A DNA stretch of 64,000 nucleotides from Candidatus Omnitrophota bacterium (GCA_018813285.1 JAHJBY010000033.1:3723-67722); one strand, 5' to 3'; counted from the first letter of the stretch, positions 1 through 9,338 are shown. Notes: a model not told the origin generated them from the letters alone. A program made the numbers and translations.

Positions 1-1
1 A

Positions 2-343
2 TATGATTACGTTGATTTGGATGAATTTATCGTAATGCCGAATCATGTACACGGGATAATATTGTTGACCGATAAAATTGCAAAGGGCGGCTCACGCGTT
101 GTAAAGGGCGGCTCGCGAGCCGCCCCTACGTTATGTAAACCATTGGGGCAATTGATCGGGGCATTTAAAACGGTTTCAACAAAACGAATTAACACAAACC
201 GCAACACACCCGGTATCCGACTCTGGCAACGTAATTTTTACGAACACGTCATTCGCGACGAATCTGATTTGAACCGTATTCGCGAATATATAAAAAATAA
301 TCCAATTCGATGGGGCATAAAAAAAGGGCGGGGGAATCGTTAA
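2..343 (+). mobile_element. IS200/IS605-like Y1 (HUH) transposase, REP-associated tyrosine transposase (RAYT)-like; 5' partial because the frame is open to the window edge
   Basis: Reading frame continues upstream of the annotated Met (YDYVDLDEFIVMPNHVHGIILL). HUH motif HVH is present, and the C-terminal LWQRNFYEHVIRDESDLNRIREYIKNNPIRW tail is typical of TnpA-IS200/RAYT. REP-like repeats lie immediately downstream (345-490). Confidence 0.6.
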
Positions 344-344
344 C

Positions 345-490
345 GCACAACTCGTAACGCCGGACGCGCAACGCGGGACGAGATGTCGTTTCGCGTATTG
401 CGTTTCGCGGTTTGCGTTCGTTAACGCATAACGCAGGACACATAACCCGGGACGAGACGTCGTTTCGCGTCTTGCGTTTTGCGCCCCTCA
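345..490. repeat. REP/BIME-like interspersed repeat cluster (about two units) directly 3' of the RAYT gene
   Basis: Units of the type aacgccggacacacaacgcgggacgagatgtcgtttcgcgtcttgcgtttcgcg recur at 1236-1345, 10640-10705 (reverse-complemented), 12530-12580, 34205-34320, 35225-35400 and 37745-37850. Confidence 0.6.
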
Positions 491-952
491 CTATTCCGTT
501 TCGACGGACACTGAAAAAGTGGTGCCCCTGACCCCGACTATCGAAGTCGGCGTCTTGACCTCGAACTTGGACTTTTCAGACTGGAGTTTCTTCGATGTTA
601 TCAGGATCTCGCCGATCGCCAGGTCAAGAAGCGTCCTCTGTGTGGCTTCATCCTTATCCTCGAAAAATTCCGCCAGTCTCATTTCGGACCTTTCTTTTAT
701 CTCGACGTTCGCCGCATCCACTCCATGGAGCTGGAGAACCACCAGCGAATCCGTCTCGGTCCGCACCCTGCAACCTTCGGTAAGTTCCATACCAAGGTTC
801 GCGGCCATCCATTGCCCGGCGTCGGGCATCTGCACTTCGGCCGTACCTTCCATTTCAACAATGGTCGCTGTCCTTTGAGTAACAGCGGCATCGGCCGCGA
901 CAGCAAATCCACACATAAGGAGCGCCATGATCGCGATTGTGAAAACTCTCAT
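491..952 (-). CDS. secreted FecR-domain protein
   Basis: Signal peptide MRVFTIAIMALLMCGFAVAADA. The FecR-like pattern has a C-terminal TPTSIVGVRGTTFSVSV motif (VRGTxF). Confidence 0.4.
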   Translation of the reverse strand: MRVFTIAIMALLMCGFAVAADAAVTQRTATIVEMEGTAEVQMPDAGQWMAANLGMELTEGCRVRTETDSLVVLQLHGVDAANVEIKERSEMRLAEFFEDKDEATQRTLLDLAIGEILITSKKLQSEKSKFEVKTPTSIVGVRGTTFSVSVETE

Positions 953-1066
953 CTTACACCTCCACGTCAAACAGTTTAATTACGGTTCACTCTCTACCCG
1001 CATCTCTTACTCAAGTATACCTCATGTACCAAATATTGCAACTTTTTGATGGACTAATTACGGCTT

Positions 1067-1216
1067 TTACTTTTGTCCGTCCCTGACAAAAATAGTCTTC
1101 ACGCCTCCACCGATCCGCTTGGTATCCTCCACCATACCGTGAATGGTCGCGCCGCATCCGGTAACCAGAAACGCTGTCAGCATCAACAATACAACACCCA
1201 CAAACATTCTTTTCAT
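1067..1216 (-). CDS. entericidin-like small lipoprotein (49 aa), not in the ORF track because it is under 60 aa
   Basis: Hand translation gives MKRMFVGVVLLMLTAFLVTGCGATIHGMVEDTKRIGGGVKTIFVRDGQK. It has a lipobox LVTGC and the C-x-T-x-G-x-x-ED...GG pattern seen in EcnA/EcnB. The 69-aa ORF in the track at 1011..1220 is a different frame. Confidence 0.5.
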   Translation of the reverse strand: MKRMFVGVVLLMLTAFLVTGCGATIHGMVEDTKRIGGGVKTIFVRDGQK

Positions 1217-1235
1217 TCATTCCTCCGTGATTAGT

Positions 1236-1345
1236 TGCAGGGCGCGGATGTCGTTTCGCGTCCTGCGGTTCGCGTTAATTCACAACGTATAACGCCGGAC
1301 ACATAACGCGGGACGAGATGTCTTTTCGTTCATTTTGCGGTGTGC
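1236..1345. repeat. REP-like repeat copy
   Basis: Contains gatgtcgtttcgcgtcctgcggttcgcg ... ataacgccggacacataacgcgggacgagatgtc, matching the family at 345-490. Confidence 0.55.
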
Positions 1346-1357
1346 GGCTTCCCCGCC

Positions 1358-2344
1358 CTACGTATCTTCAATATTCCCAACCAGTTCCTCTAAAATATCC
1401 TCGATCGTTATGATCCCCACTATCCCGCCGTCTATTTTCGTGACTATTCCCATCGGCTGCCTCTGATGCCGGAGTCGGGCAAGCGCTATATCCAGGCCAT
1501 CATCTTCTTTAACATGGATCGGATCGCGTATGAAATCATCGATCCCCCGGGTATCCACATTGGTTTCCATATCGAAAAGCACATCGTAGATATTCACTAT
1601 ACCGACGATATTGTTCTTAACGTTATCGTACACAGGTATTCGCGAAAAACCGACAAGCGCGACTATTTTTTTTAGATCGCCGACGGTTTCATGTTTGCCA
1701 GCGGAATGTACCCTGCATAAAGGGATCATGCTCCCGGAAACTGTTTTTGCGCCAAGGTCAAGCACCTTATGTATGAGCTCAAATTCATCTTTTTCCACTC
1801 CTCCTGTTTCATGACCGAAATGCAGAAGGCTTTTAAGGTCTCTTATGGTAAGATCCATATCCCACGGCCGGGCATGTTTTCTGAACGGACGCAGCAACAC
1901 GCCGGCTATCCAGTTCACGGCGGTGATCAAAGGACTAAATAACCGGTTAAAACCCTTTAGCGGAGCCATGAGGTTCAATGCCAGCTGATTGGCAAACTGG
2001 CGCGCGATGATCTTTGGTATTATTTCCGCCACCACCAGTGTAATGGGAACCATGACCGCCGTTACTATCATAGGGGAATACCGCGCGGGGAAATATTCGG
2101 CAAATACCCGCGCGGCCAAAGCGGAAGATATTATCACGGAAAGATTTGTGCCGGCGAGAGTGATCCCCAAGAATGCCCCTTTCCCGGATAAAAAAGCGTC
2201 CAGTTTCACTGCCTTCTGATCTCCCGACGCGACGAGTCCCTTGAGCTTGATCCTATTCACGGAGGTAAACGCCATCTCCCCTGCCGTAAAAAAAGCCTGG
2301 GCAGCGATCGCAAACAAAGCGGTAATGGCGTAAATGGTTATCAT
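1358..2344 (-). CDS. DUF21 (CNNM) transmembrane domain plus CBS-pair protein (HlyC/CorC-related, lacking the CorC C-terminal domain)
   Basis: N-terminal multi-TM DUF21 followed by a CBS pair (IPVYDNVKNNIVGIVNIYDVL ... GIVTKIDGGIVGIITIEDILEELVG). It is a paralog of the adjacent gene. Confidence 0.7.
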   Translation of the reverse strand: MITIYAITALFAIAAQAFFTAGEMAFTSVNRIKLKGLVASGDQKAVKLDAFLSGKGAFLGITLAGTNLSVIISSALAARVFAEYFPARYSPMIVTAVMVPITLVVAEIIPKIIARQFANQLALNLMAPLKGFNRLFSPLITAVNWIAGVLLRPFRKHARPWDMDLTIRDLKSLLHFGHETGGVEKDEFELIHKVLDLGAKTVSGSMIPLCRVHSAGKHETVGDLKKIVALVGFSRIPVYDNVKNNIVGIVNIYDVLFDMETNVDTRGIDDFIRDPIHVKEDDGLDIALARLRHQRQPMGIVTKIDGGIVGIITIEDILEELVGNIEDT

Positions 2345-2352
2345 CCCTCTTA

Positions 2353-3582
2353 CTATGCCTCCCCTTCAATTCTTTCGATCTTCAAGCCGGTTATCCTGTT
2401 CTTTGAAACATCTCCGACTGTGAGTAGATAACCGTTTATGGTAACGCTATCCCCTGACGCGGGGATCCGTCCCAGTTTCAATATAACAAAACCGCCGACG
2501 GTGTCGACTTCGTCCGTTTTGATGCCAACACCGATCTCGTCATTTATGTCGTTTATGTGGACCCGGCCGTCCGCCTCAAATGTCTTTCTGTCGATCTTAC
2601 GTATCCTCGCGGGCTCAAAATCAAGTTCATCCGCGATCTCCCCGACTATTTCCTCGATAATGTCTTCGATAGTCACAACCCCGGAAGTAACCCCATATTC
2701 GTCGGTAACCACTGCCATATGTATCCTCTTTTTCTGCAAATTACCGAGCAGATCATCCACGCGGATACTCTCCGGGACAAAATAGGCCTTTCTCACCATT
2801 TTCTTCCGAGGTTTGGCGTTGTCAATAAGAAAATCCTTCGCGTGAACAATACCGACTATATTGTCGATATCGTGAATATACACCGGAAGCCGTGATTTCT
2901 TCGACTCCTTGATCTTGAGCGTCAATTCGTTTAGGGGTTTCGTCATATCAAGCGCCATGACATCGATCCTCGGTGTCATAATATCGGCAGCGTTCAGGTC
3001 ATTTAATTTGAGAGCGTTGTAGATCATGTCTTTTTCTTTCTCTTTTACAACTCCTCTTTTTTCTCCCACGGAAAATAAATACCTTATCTCCTGCTCTGTT
3101 ACTCGGGGTTTCTCGGATCTTATTTCAATGCCCATTGCTTTCAGTAATCCGGTCGAGATATGGTCAAGAACATACCGGAACGGAAAAAAAAGACGTTCAA
3201 AGAAACTCAGTGGGGCCGCGGCAAAAAAGGAGAACGATTCTGCTCGAGAAAAAGCGAGCATTTTGGGGGTAACCTCTCCGAATACAAGGATAAGGACCGT
3301 CATTGCCAGAATGGAGATCACAACGCCACGCTCACCAAAATACCCATAAAAACACGTCGCGAGCATAGCGCTCGCGGCTATATTCACAAATGTGTTGCCA
3401 ATGAGTATCGTTATGAGTAATTTGTGTGGATCGGACAAGAGAAAAATGACCTTTTTCGACGCGGGGTGCGGCGAATCTTCCATACGTTTGAAGCGCACCT
3501 TACCAAGCGACAAAAAAGCCGTTTCAGAACCGGAAAAAAAAGCGGAAAAACCAATACATATGGCAATGAGTAGTATTATCAC
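2353..3582 (-). CDS. HlyC/CorC family transporter (DUF21-CBS-CorC_HlyC)
   Basis: DUF21 TM region, then a CBS pair (DIMTPRIDVMAL ... LPVYIHDIDNIVGIVHAKD ... HMAVVTDEYGVTSGVVTIEDIIEEIVGEI), then a C-terminal CorC/HlyC transporter-associated domain. Confidence 0.75.
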   Translation of the reverse strand: MIILLIAICIGFSAFFSGSETAFLSLGKVRFKRMEDSPHPASKKVIFLLSDPHKLLITILIGNTFVNIAASAMLATCFYGYFGERGVVISILAMTVLILVFGEVTPKMLAFSRAESFSFFAAAPLSFFERLFFPFRYVLDHISTGLLKAMGIEIRSEKPRVTEQEIRYLFSVGEKRGVVKEKEKDMIYNALKLNDLNAADIMTPRIDVMALDMTKPLNELTLKIKESKKSRLPVYIHDIDNIVGIVHAKDFLIDNAKPRKKMVRKAYFVPESIRVDDLLGNLQKKRIHMAVVTDEYGVTSGVVTIEDIIEEIVGEIADELDFEPARIRKIDRKTFEADGRVHINDINDEIGVGIKTDEVDTVGGFVILKLGRIPASGDSVTINGYLLTVGDVSKNRITGLKIERIEGEA

Positions 3583-3603
3583 GATCTGTCTATGAAGTCC
3601 GTA

Positions 3604-4038
3604 TTATTTCTGTCCGCGGCTTCGTTTCGCGCGGTGCTCGCCCCCGGTTGTTTTGCCGGCTTTCATCGGCGCTTCTATTGTATCCCTGACAGCAAAACCA
3701 ACAGTATTGGCGGTTCCCTTTATCGGGGCCGTCACGATCCCGGGAGCTTTTTTGAAATCACCAGTAAGTGTCTCACCGGCCGCCTTACCGGTATCCACCA
3801 CCATGCCGGCCGCGTTCTTCGCGGCTGTGCCAACAACGTTGACAGAATCGTTAACAAGATTCGCCGGATAGTTAACAGCCGCGTCACAAACAGTTTTCAC
3901 ACCGCCACCGGCGGCTTTCGCGCCCTCTTTTAAACCACTTTCATCTTCAGGCTTTTGCGCGAAAGCAAATGGCATAATGACTCCCGCGGCAAAAAAAAGC
4001 ACAAAAACGAACACCATAGCTCTATAAATTTTAACCAT
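3604..4038 (-). CDS. hypothetical secreted Gly/Ala-rich protein
   Basis: Signal peptide, then a low-complexity G/A/T/V-rich sequence. Shares the upstream motif gcctcatgcaaaacgcgt with the gene starting at 6314. Confidence 0.35.
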   Translation of the reverse strand: MVKIYRAMVFVFVLFFAAGVIMPFAFAQKPEDESGLKEGAKAAGGGVKTVCDAAVNYPANLVNDSVNVVGTAAKNAAGMVVDTGKAAGETLTGDFKKAPGIVTAPIKGTANTVGFAVRDTIEAPMKAGKTTGGEHRAKRSRGQK

Positions 4039-4154
4039 GTTCCTCTCCTCCTTTTTTATCGTGTCTATGCCTCATGCAAAACGCGTGTTTCCATCGTCAT
4101 TTCCAGGAGATTGCTTCGTTCGCTGCCGCCCTCGCAATGACGGGACGAGTCGTT

Positions 4155-4691
4155 TTACAGAACTTTTATCGTGTCTCCGAACCGTTTTTTTCGCATCTCG
4201 CGCTTAAACCGTCCGGCCGAAATAAAACGCGCGACCGGATTCATGTAGTCTATTATCAATTTTCCGTACAAATGATCTATCTCATGCTGGATGGCTTTCG
4301 CCTCCAATCCATCAAATTTTCCTGAAACAACATTCCCGTCCCGGTCTTTCGCGCGTATTTCTATTTCTTTCGGACGCGCCACATTCACACCGACTCCGGG
4401 GAGGCTGAGGCACCCCTCTTCCAGCGTATCCTTTTCACGAGATCTTTTAACCACCTTTGGGTTTATGAAAACTTTAAGCCCGCATCCGGCATCAACGATC
4501 ACTATGCTTAACCCTAATCCGGCCTGCGGGGCCGCCAAGCCGATACCCTGATTCTTATACATCAGATCCGCCATCGCACGCACCATCCCTCTTGTCTCCT
4601 CCGTAAAATCTTTTACGTCCACCGTTTTGGTTCGCAGGCAGGCAGCGGGATATGTCTTAAGGTCAAGCGGATCCACTATTTGCTTTTGCAT
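4155..4691 (-). CDS. def: peptide deformylase
   Basis: Motifs GIGLAAPQ, EGCLSLPG and HEIDHLYG. Confidence 0.85.
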   Translation of the reverse strand: MQKQIVDPLDLKTYPAACLRTKTVDVKDFTEETRGMVRAMADLMYKNQGIGLAAPQAGLGLSIVIVDAGCGLKVFINPKVVKRSREKDTLEEGCLSLPGVGVNVARPKEIEIRAKDRDGNVVSGKFDGLEAKAIQHEIDHLYGKLIIDYMNPVARFISAGRFKREMRKKRFGDTIKVL

Positions 4692-5029
4692 TGGTTATTT
4701 TTAGCAAGAGAGACAAGGCGCTGCTTCTGATTGTGGCACTCCTTAGTTTCCAGGAGGCAATACGACAGGATGACAAGTTCGTCTCCTATCTCACCCTTTC
4801 TGACAGCAGGCCCGTAAAGGACAATCTTGCCTGATCTTTCCTTCTCTTCGATTACGTATGTCTCAAAACGCTCACCATTATCCATGTTCAACACCTGAAC
4901 CTGCTCGCCCGGCAGAAGATCCGCGTCCTCAAGTATAGCTTTGTCCACCCCTATACTTCCGGAGTGATGTTGAATTTTATCGGTTATAAAAGCATTCGTT
5001 ATCTTTGATTTACACAGTATTCTCAACAT
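4676..5029 (-). CDS. panD: aspartate 1-decarboxylase (pyruvoyl-dependent)
   Basis: MLRILCKSKITNAFITDKIQHHSGSIGVD carries the G-S self-cleavage site. The PanD fold continues to LILSYCLL. Start was trimmed to the internal Met. Confidence 0.8.
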   Translation of the reverse strand: MLRILCKSKITNAFITDKIQHHSGSIGVDKAILEDADLLPGEQVQVLNMDNGERFETYVIEEKERSGKIVLYGPAVRKGEIGDELVILSYCLLETKECHNQKQRLVSLAKNNQCKSK

Positions 5030-5036
5030 GGTTCTT

Positions 5037-5384
5037 TTAACTCCCTGTTTTTTTCTCTTCTTTTCCCAAGGGCTTATAGCTGACATTTGTTAGTGAGCCG
5101 CCATCGAAATAGAGATAGAGATCTTTCGCGAGATATTCGGAGTTCACCGGAAGGCCGCTGATCCGTGCGGTGTAAAACCATTCTTCACGTGGAGCATCCC
5201 AGTCAGGGGAAGAAACCATGCTCTTGAAAGCGGGTTCACCGTACAACGAAATAACACGATCTTTGGACATACCGTGCCTCGCGGCATTAGGCCCTATCGG
5301 TTCCTTTAATATTGTTGTAGGTGTCGGAATATCCATATCCGCGCATCCGGCTAATATCCCGCACCCGACAATCAGAACGATCAT
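5037..5384 (-). CDS. BamE (SmpA/OmlA)-like outer-membrane lipoprotein
   Basis: Lipobox ILAGC; MSKDRVISLYGEP ... EEWFY ... LYLYFDGG matches the SmpA_OmlA pattern. Confidence 0.4.
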   Translation of the reverse strand: MIVLIVGCGILAGCADMDIPTPTTILKEPIGPNAARHGMSKDRVISLYGEPAFKSMVSSPDWDAPREEWFYTARISGLPVNSEYLAKDLYLYFDGGSLTNVSYKPLGKEEKKTGS

Positions 5385-5418
5385 CCAATGATTTTTCAAT
5401 TCAACCTCCAAAAACCCG

Positions 5419-5787
5419 TTAATCAGAATGATATGACGAATCGTACAGCAGATCACACAAATACTTCAATAGCACGTTCTTCCCTTCATCCTCAATATGC
5501 GTTATTTCGAGGCCAACGTCATAAGGAGCGTTATCCTCCAGGGATGTCTTCCGCTGCCAGACGATCTTACCCTTAACGCGGATGGAATTATCCCCGGATG
5601 ACGGCAGATACATGACCAAATTAAGGATCTCTGACTTTTTGAACTCACGAGCGGTCTCAAACCTCATGCCGATCGGCGAAATGTTCCTGGTTGTAGCTTC
5701 CTCCAACCAGCCATCCCCCTCGATCTTGATCCGCATGGGCACCTCTATGCGGATAAACCTCCGTCTCTCCGGCAATTTCAGTCTCAT
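5419..5787 (-). CDS. stand-alone PilZ domain protein (c-di-GMP receptor), paralog 1
   Basis: RRRFIR (RxxxR) followed by NISPIG (N-x-S-x-x-G). Confidence 0.65.
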   Translation of the reverse strand: MRLKLPERRRFIRIEVPMRIKIEGDGWLEEATTRNISPIGMRFETAREFKKSEILNLVMYLPSSGDNSIRVKGKIVWQRKTSLEDNAPYDVGLEITHIEDEGKNVLLKYLCDLLYDSSYHSD

Positions 5788-5880
5788 AAAACCCTTCCTC
5801 TTTTCCGAGTGAGTATAACATACAGGCGTCAAGGCGTCAATAACTCGTTATGTAAACGCCTTATTAGCGCTCCCGATGAT

Positions 5881-5920
5881 AAAAAACGAGCGATCTGTTC
5901 AATAAATCGCTCGTTTTTTA
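5881..5920 (-). terminator. Rho-independent terminator after the small secreted protein gene
   Basis: Hairpin aacgagcgat / atcgctcgtt flanked by A-run and T-run, so it could act in both directions. Confidence 0.5.
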
Positions 5921-5942
5921 CCTGCTGCTAAACGCAAACATC

Positions 5943-6314
5943 TTATTCAGTGGCCGGGGCCGGAAAATCAAAAGCCGGCGAGATCGCTGACTTGTCGTAG
6001 GCCGGGAACGGAAAGGTAACCGCATCCGCGATCCCGGAGACTGTTCGCGCAACGGTCTGGCACGCGCCTTTCAATGTCCCGAAGATCAGCCCTTGAAGCA
6101 GATTGGTCTCTTTTGTCTGGTTTATTATACCCTTGGGAAGTTCGGTCCAGCCAAGAGCCATGTTCCCGATACCCCTTCCCAGTTTCTGCATGGGACCCGC
6201 GGGATATTGGCTTTCCTGACCAGCTACCTCAGCCACCGGTTTCTCAAGCGCGAACACGGCGGTACAGGTAAACGCGAAAGCTACCACAAGGATAAGCACC
6301 AAAAATTTCTTCAT
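5943..6314 (-). CDS. small secreted protein with KLGRG...GW.ELPK...FPFP motif (recalled as exosortase-system-associated TIGR04073-like family)
   Basis: Signal peptide, then QKLGRGIGNMALGWTELPKGI ... TFPFPAYD. Paralogous to 11673..12011. Confidence 0.45.
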   Translation of the reverse strand: MKKFLVLILVVAFAFTCTAVFALEKPVAEVAGQESQYPAGPMQKLGRGIGNMALGWTELPKGIINQTKETNLLQGLIFGTLKGACQTVARTVSGIADAVTFPFPAYDKSAISPAFDFPAPATE

Positions 6315-6476
6315 CGTACACCCTCCTTTTTATTATTAGTGAGGCCTCATGCAAACGCGTAAGGCGATAAATTTAAACCATAGGATGTCTTTTCTTATGA
6401 AAATATAGCATATGTGTTGATGTAAGTCAACTCGCCACGATAAAAATGTCACGATAAAAATATATCTCCCCGTCCA

Positions 6477-8237
6477 TCATTTTCCTGAAGCCTCATCAGG
6501 AAGATTCTTTTTTATCCATCCACTTACAAGACGCGGTATCTCCGGGTTAACCCTAAAACGCCATTTTTTATCATACCATTCCATGTCCCCCATATGCGCG
6601 CCAAGCGAGCGGAATACCGCTATTTTCACGTTTTGCTTTTCAGAGAACATGGACTTCAGTTTATCATCAAGCCCCGAGTAAAAATTTGTGTCGTCCTTTC
6701 CAAAAACTACCAAAAGAGGCTTTTCGGACGCTACGATCTCGGCATACGGTTTTCGTAACAAATATTCGCGATACGCCTTAACCGGTAATTCTTTGCGCAT
6801 AAAAAAAACGATGTCATCCCCCGACTTCCTTACATTTTCCATCTGGTTTTGAACAAGATCATTAATGGTCTTTATGTAGCCGGGGTCAAACTGCCCGAGA
6901 TCGGCTGCTTTGACATAAGCGTAGATATATTTTTCTCCCGCGTCACGCCCCGCGCCATCCCCGGAGAACGTTGCAGGTAGCCCCAGAATAACTGAGCCGG
7001 CGACCGAGATCTCTTTCCTGGCGGCTTTGGCCGCGAGGTATCCGCCTCCTCGAAAACCTACCAGTGAAATATTATCCTTCGCGACAAGTGGATGTTTTCC
7101 GACAAAAGCAAACGCCGCTCTGATATTTTCGAGGTGCCTCTCGTCGTCCAGCTCCCTAAAAACCCCCTGGCTCTTTCCCTGCCCGGGATCGTCAAAATTG
7201 AAGACGGCTATGCCCTTCGCGCAAAAGGCCTCGGCAATCGATCCCAACAAAGATTCTTCACCACGCGTAACCGGCCCGTCGTCTGAAACAAAAACAACAG
7301 CCGGAAAAGGGCCATCTCCTTCAGGCACCATCAGACATCCGGAAAGCAGCGATCCTCCGCTTTCAAAAAAAACATTTTCCCGTTTAACCTTTTTTGCCAG
7401 TTCGGACAAAGCCGCTTTCGCCGCGCCGCGCGCCGCCGGGGCGGCCGTGTCAGATTGAACAGGAATAAACTCTCGCGCGAACTGATTGATTAATTTTTCT
7501 ATCTTACCGGGCAATTCCGTAAGGATGGCCCTGCTTTTCATTTTGGGTATTTCCACAGAAACCAGCGCGTGAGCATACTTTGTCATATCTACGATCGCTT
7601 CCGGGATCCCATCTCCGGCTACGATAAAACGTTCAGTCTCTATCCTTTTTCCCATTACCGGCACATACGCGTCCTCTGTATACCTCACCTCTATCTTGCC
7701 TCGCAAAACCGGAATAGGCGCATCAACAGGTATCATCACTTCAAAAAACTGCACCCCTTTCCGCCAATAGTGGTATTGATCCATTACAGGCATATACAGC
7801 ATTACATTGTACGGTGAGAACAGTGTGGTCTTTTCTCCTGTCACTAATCCTTTGAGTTCAAGGAACGCGGGAGGACGCAGGTATAACATATCTGTCTCGC
7901 CGCCGGCCTGATTTATGGAAATTGACCGAACCGCCCCTTTTCGTCCCATTGCCTCATCATAATACCTCACCGGAAGAAGGGTTTTTCTTTTTAGATAGAG
8001 CTCCTGCCGCTCGAAAGGATACCCGAGGCCACCCGAACGATCTTCCGCGCCCTTGTAGATCACCTTGTCTTCTGTAACATACCTGTCTATCCTGACGGTG
8101 CCATACAAGTGACCGGAAGAGTATAATTCATAGTTAAACGTTTGATGGCTCGTAACGGAGATGTACACGAACGCCAGAACAACAAGCGCCGCTATAAGCA
8201 ACACTGATATGGTAAACAATACGGTGAATCTCTTCAT
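6477..8237 (-). CDS. membrane-anchored alpha/beta-hydrolase-fold protein with Arg in place of the nucleophile Ser
   Basis: N-terminal TM. C-terminal hydrolase fold with GFRGGG at the GxSxG position (codon CGA at 7049-7051). Acid (VVFGKDD) and His (GAHMG) positions are retained. Confidence 0.55.
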   Translation of the reverse strand: MKRFTVLFTISVLLIAALVVLAFVYISVTSHQTFNYELYSSGHLYGTVRIDRYVTEDKVIYKGAEDRSGGLGYPFERQELYLKRKTLLPVRYYDEAMGRKGAVRSISINQAGGETDMLYLRPPAFLELKGLVTGEKTTLFSPYNVMLYMPVMDQYHYWRKGVQFFEVMIPVDAPIPVLRGKIEVRYTEDAYVPVMGKRIETERFIVAGDGIPEAIVDMTKYAHALVSVEIPKMKSRAILTELPGKIEKLINQFAREFIPVQSDTAAPAARGAAKAALSELAKKVKRENVFFESGGSLLSGCLMVPEGDGPFPAVVFVSDDGPVTRGEESLLGSIAEAFCAKGIAVFNFDDPGQGKSQGVFRELDDERHLENIRAAFAFVGKHPLVAKDNISLVGFRGGGYLAAKAARKEISVAGSVILGLPATFSGDGAGRDAGEKYIYAYVKAADLGQFDPGYIKTINDLVQNQMENVRKSGDDIVFFMRKELPVKAYREYLLRKPYAEIVASEKPLLVVFGKDDTNFYSGLDDKLKSMFSEKQNVKIAVFRSLGAHMGDMEWYDKKWRFRVNPEIPRLVSGWIKKNLPDEASGK

Positions 8238-8812
8238 GATACGCTCAATTCACGAACCGATATGTCAAATTGTATATTTTCGCCCCGTCCCTTCTTCGCG
8301 AAAACACCTTTTGTGTGTATCTGCTCCAATATCGCGGATGGACAGTTTCCGATGGCGTGTCGAAACGACATGTACTCTCCGGCCGCCAGCACCGCACCCT
8401 TTCTCTTCCTGCCTGAAAAAAAGGGAGACCGGCTCAAAACATCCCGGTCGAGAGGATAAAACCAGTCACGGTAGATCACAAACCCATCCGGACGTGAAAA
8501 TACCACCTCCAGCATCATTGAAGTTATTGTCTTGCCGGAATTATTTCTTATCTTCCCATCAAGCACCGGCATACCTTCAGGCATCCCGGATGCCCCGTCA
8601 TCTTCACCCGGTTTAACTGCCGCGTTGTATATCACAATTTCGTCCCTCCACATCCCGGCGGTCACTTTGCGCAGAAAACTCTGGTATTGCGCGGCGCCGG
8701 CATCTTCTTTCCATTGGAGGTAAATGCCATATCCGATCAGTACCGATAACATAACCACCACGACAATAAAGGAGGAAAAAAGAATAACTTTGAAGTGCTT
8801 GTTTTTGATCAT
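8234..8812 (-). CDS. hypothetical membrane-anchored protein
   Basis: Single N-terminal TM (VILFSSFIVVVVMLSVLIGYGIYL). No recognisable motif. Confidence 0.35.
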   Translation of the reverse strand: MIKNKHFKVILFSSFIVVVVMLSVLIGYGIYLQWKEDAGAAQYQSFLRKVTAGMWRDEIVIYNAAVKPGEDDGASGMPEGMPVLDGKIRNNSGKTITSMMLEVVFSRPDGFVIYRDWFYPLDRDVLSRSPFFSGRKRKGAVLAAGEYMSFRHAIGNCPSAILEQIHTKGVFAKKGRGENIQFDISVRELSVS

Positions 8813-8822
8813 TATCCCTCTA

Positions 8823-9338
8823 TCAAACTTTTCTGTAAAGTTCTCGAACTTTATTAAAATACGATATCAATTCTGCCTGAGCGTAATCCGGATATGTCCA
8901 CGGCCACGATCGAAAACTTCCGTCCCGATAAAACAATGTACTCTCGGCAAATATCCCTTTACCCACGTATATTCTGTGCGAGTAATCTTTCGTCGTTAAG
9001 AGAACCATTTTAGCTTCGGTAACGTACCCGGGATCTATATTCACATTCCGCTTTTCATTTATCCGGGTTCGATCCTCTATTCGATTTGTGACACGTTTAA
9101 CATTACAAACATCGATAAGATCGATCGTTTTCTTAAAACAGATCAGTTTTCGCCGCAGGGGCCGGCCAAACTCCGGATAGTAGTAATCCGTAAAATCAAA
9201 AGATCCGCGCCAAACAACAAATTCGATCTTACCGTATTTTTTTTCAAGTTTCCGCTCCGTATTTTCAAGGATCCCTTCGTCCCTGAAAATAATACTCGTG
9301 AATAATTTAACCGGTTTTTGTTTGAGTTCGGCACCCAT
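8823..9338 (-). CDS. hypothetical protein, possibly DUF4416-like
   Basis: About 170 aa with GYV and WTYPDY motifs. Assignment is from memory only. Confidence 0.3.
   Translation of the reverse strand: MGAELKQKPVKLFTSIIFRDEGILENTERKLEKKYGKIEFVVWRGSFDFTDYYYPEFGRPLRRKLICFKKTIDLIDVCNVKRVTNRIEDRTRINEKRNVNIDPGYVTEAKMVLLTTKDYSHRIYVGKGIFAESTLFYRDGSFRSWPWTYPDYAQAELISYFNKVRELYRKV

Noticed and set aside
1011-1220. 69-aa minus-strand ORF from the track (MNEKNVCGCC...)
   Set aside because: A different frame on the same strand encodes a convincing 49-aa entericidin-like lipoprotein with signal peptide and lipobox, and that frame was preferred.
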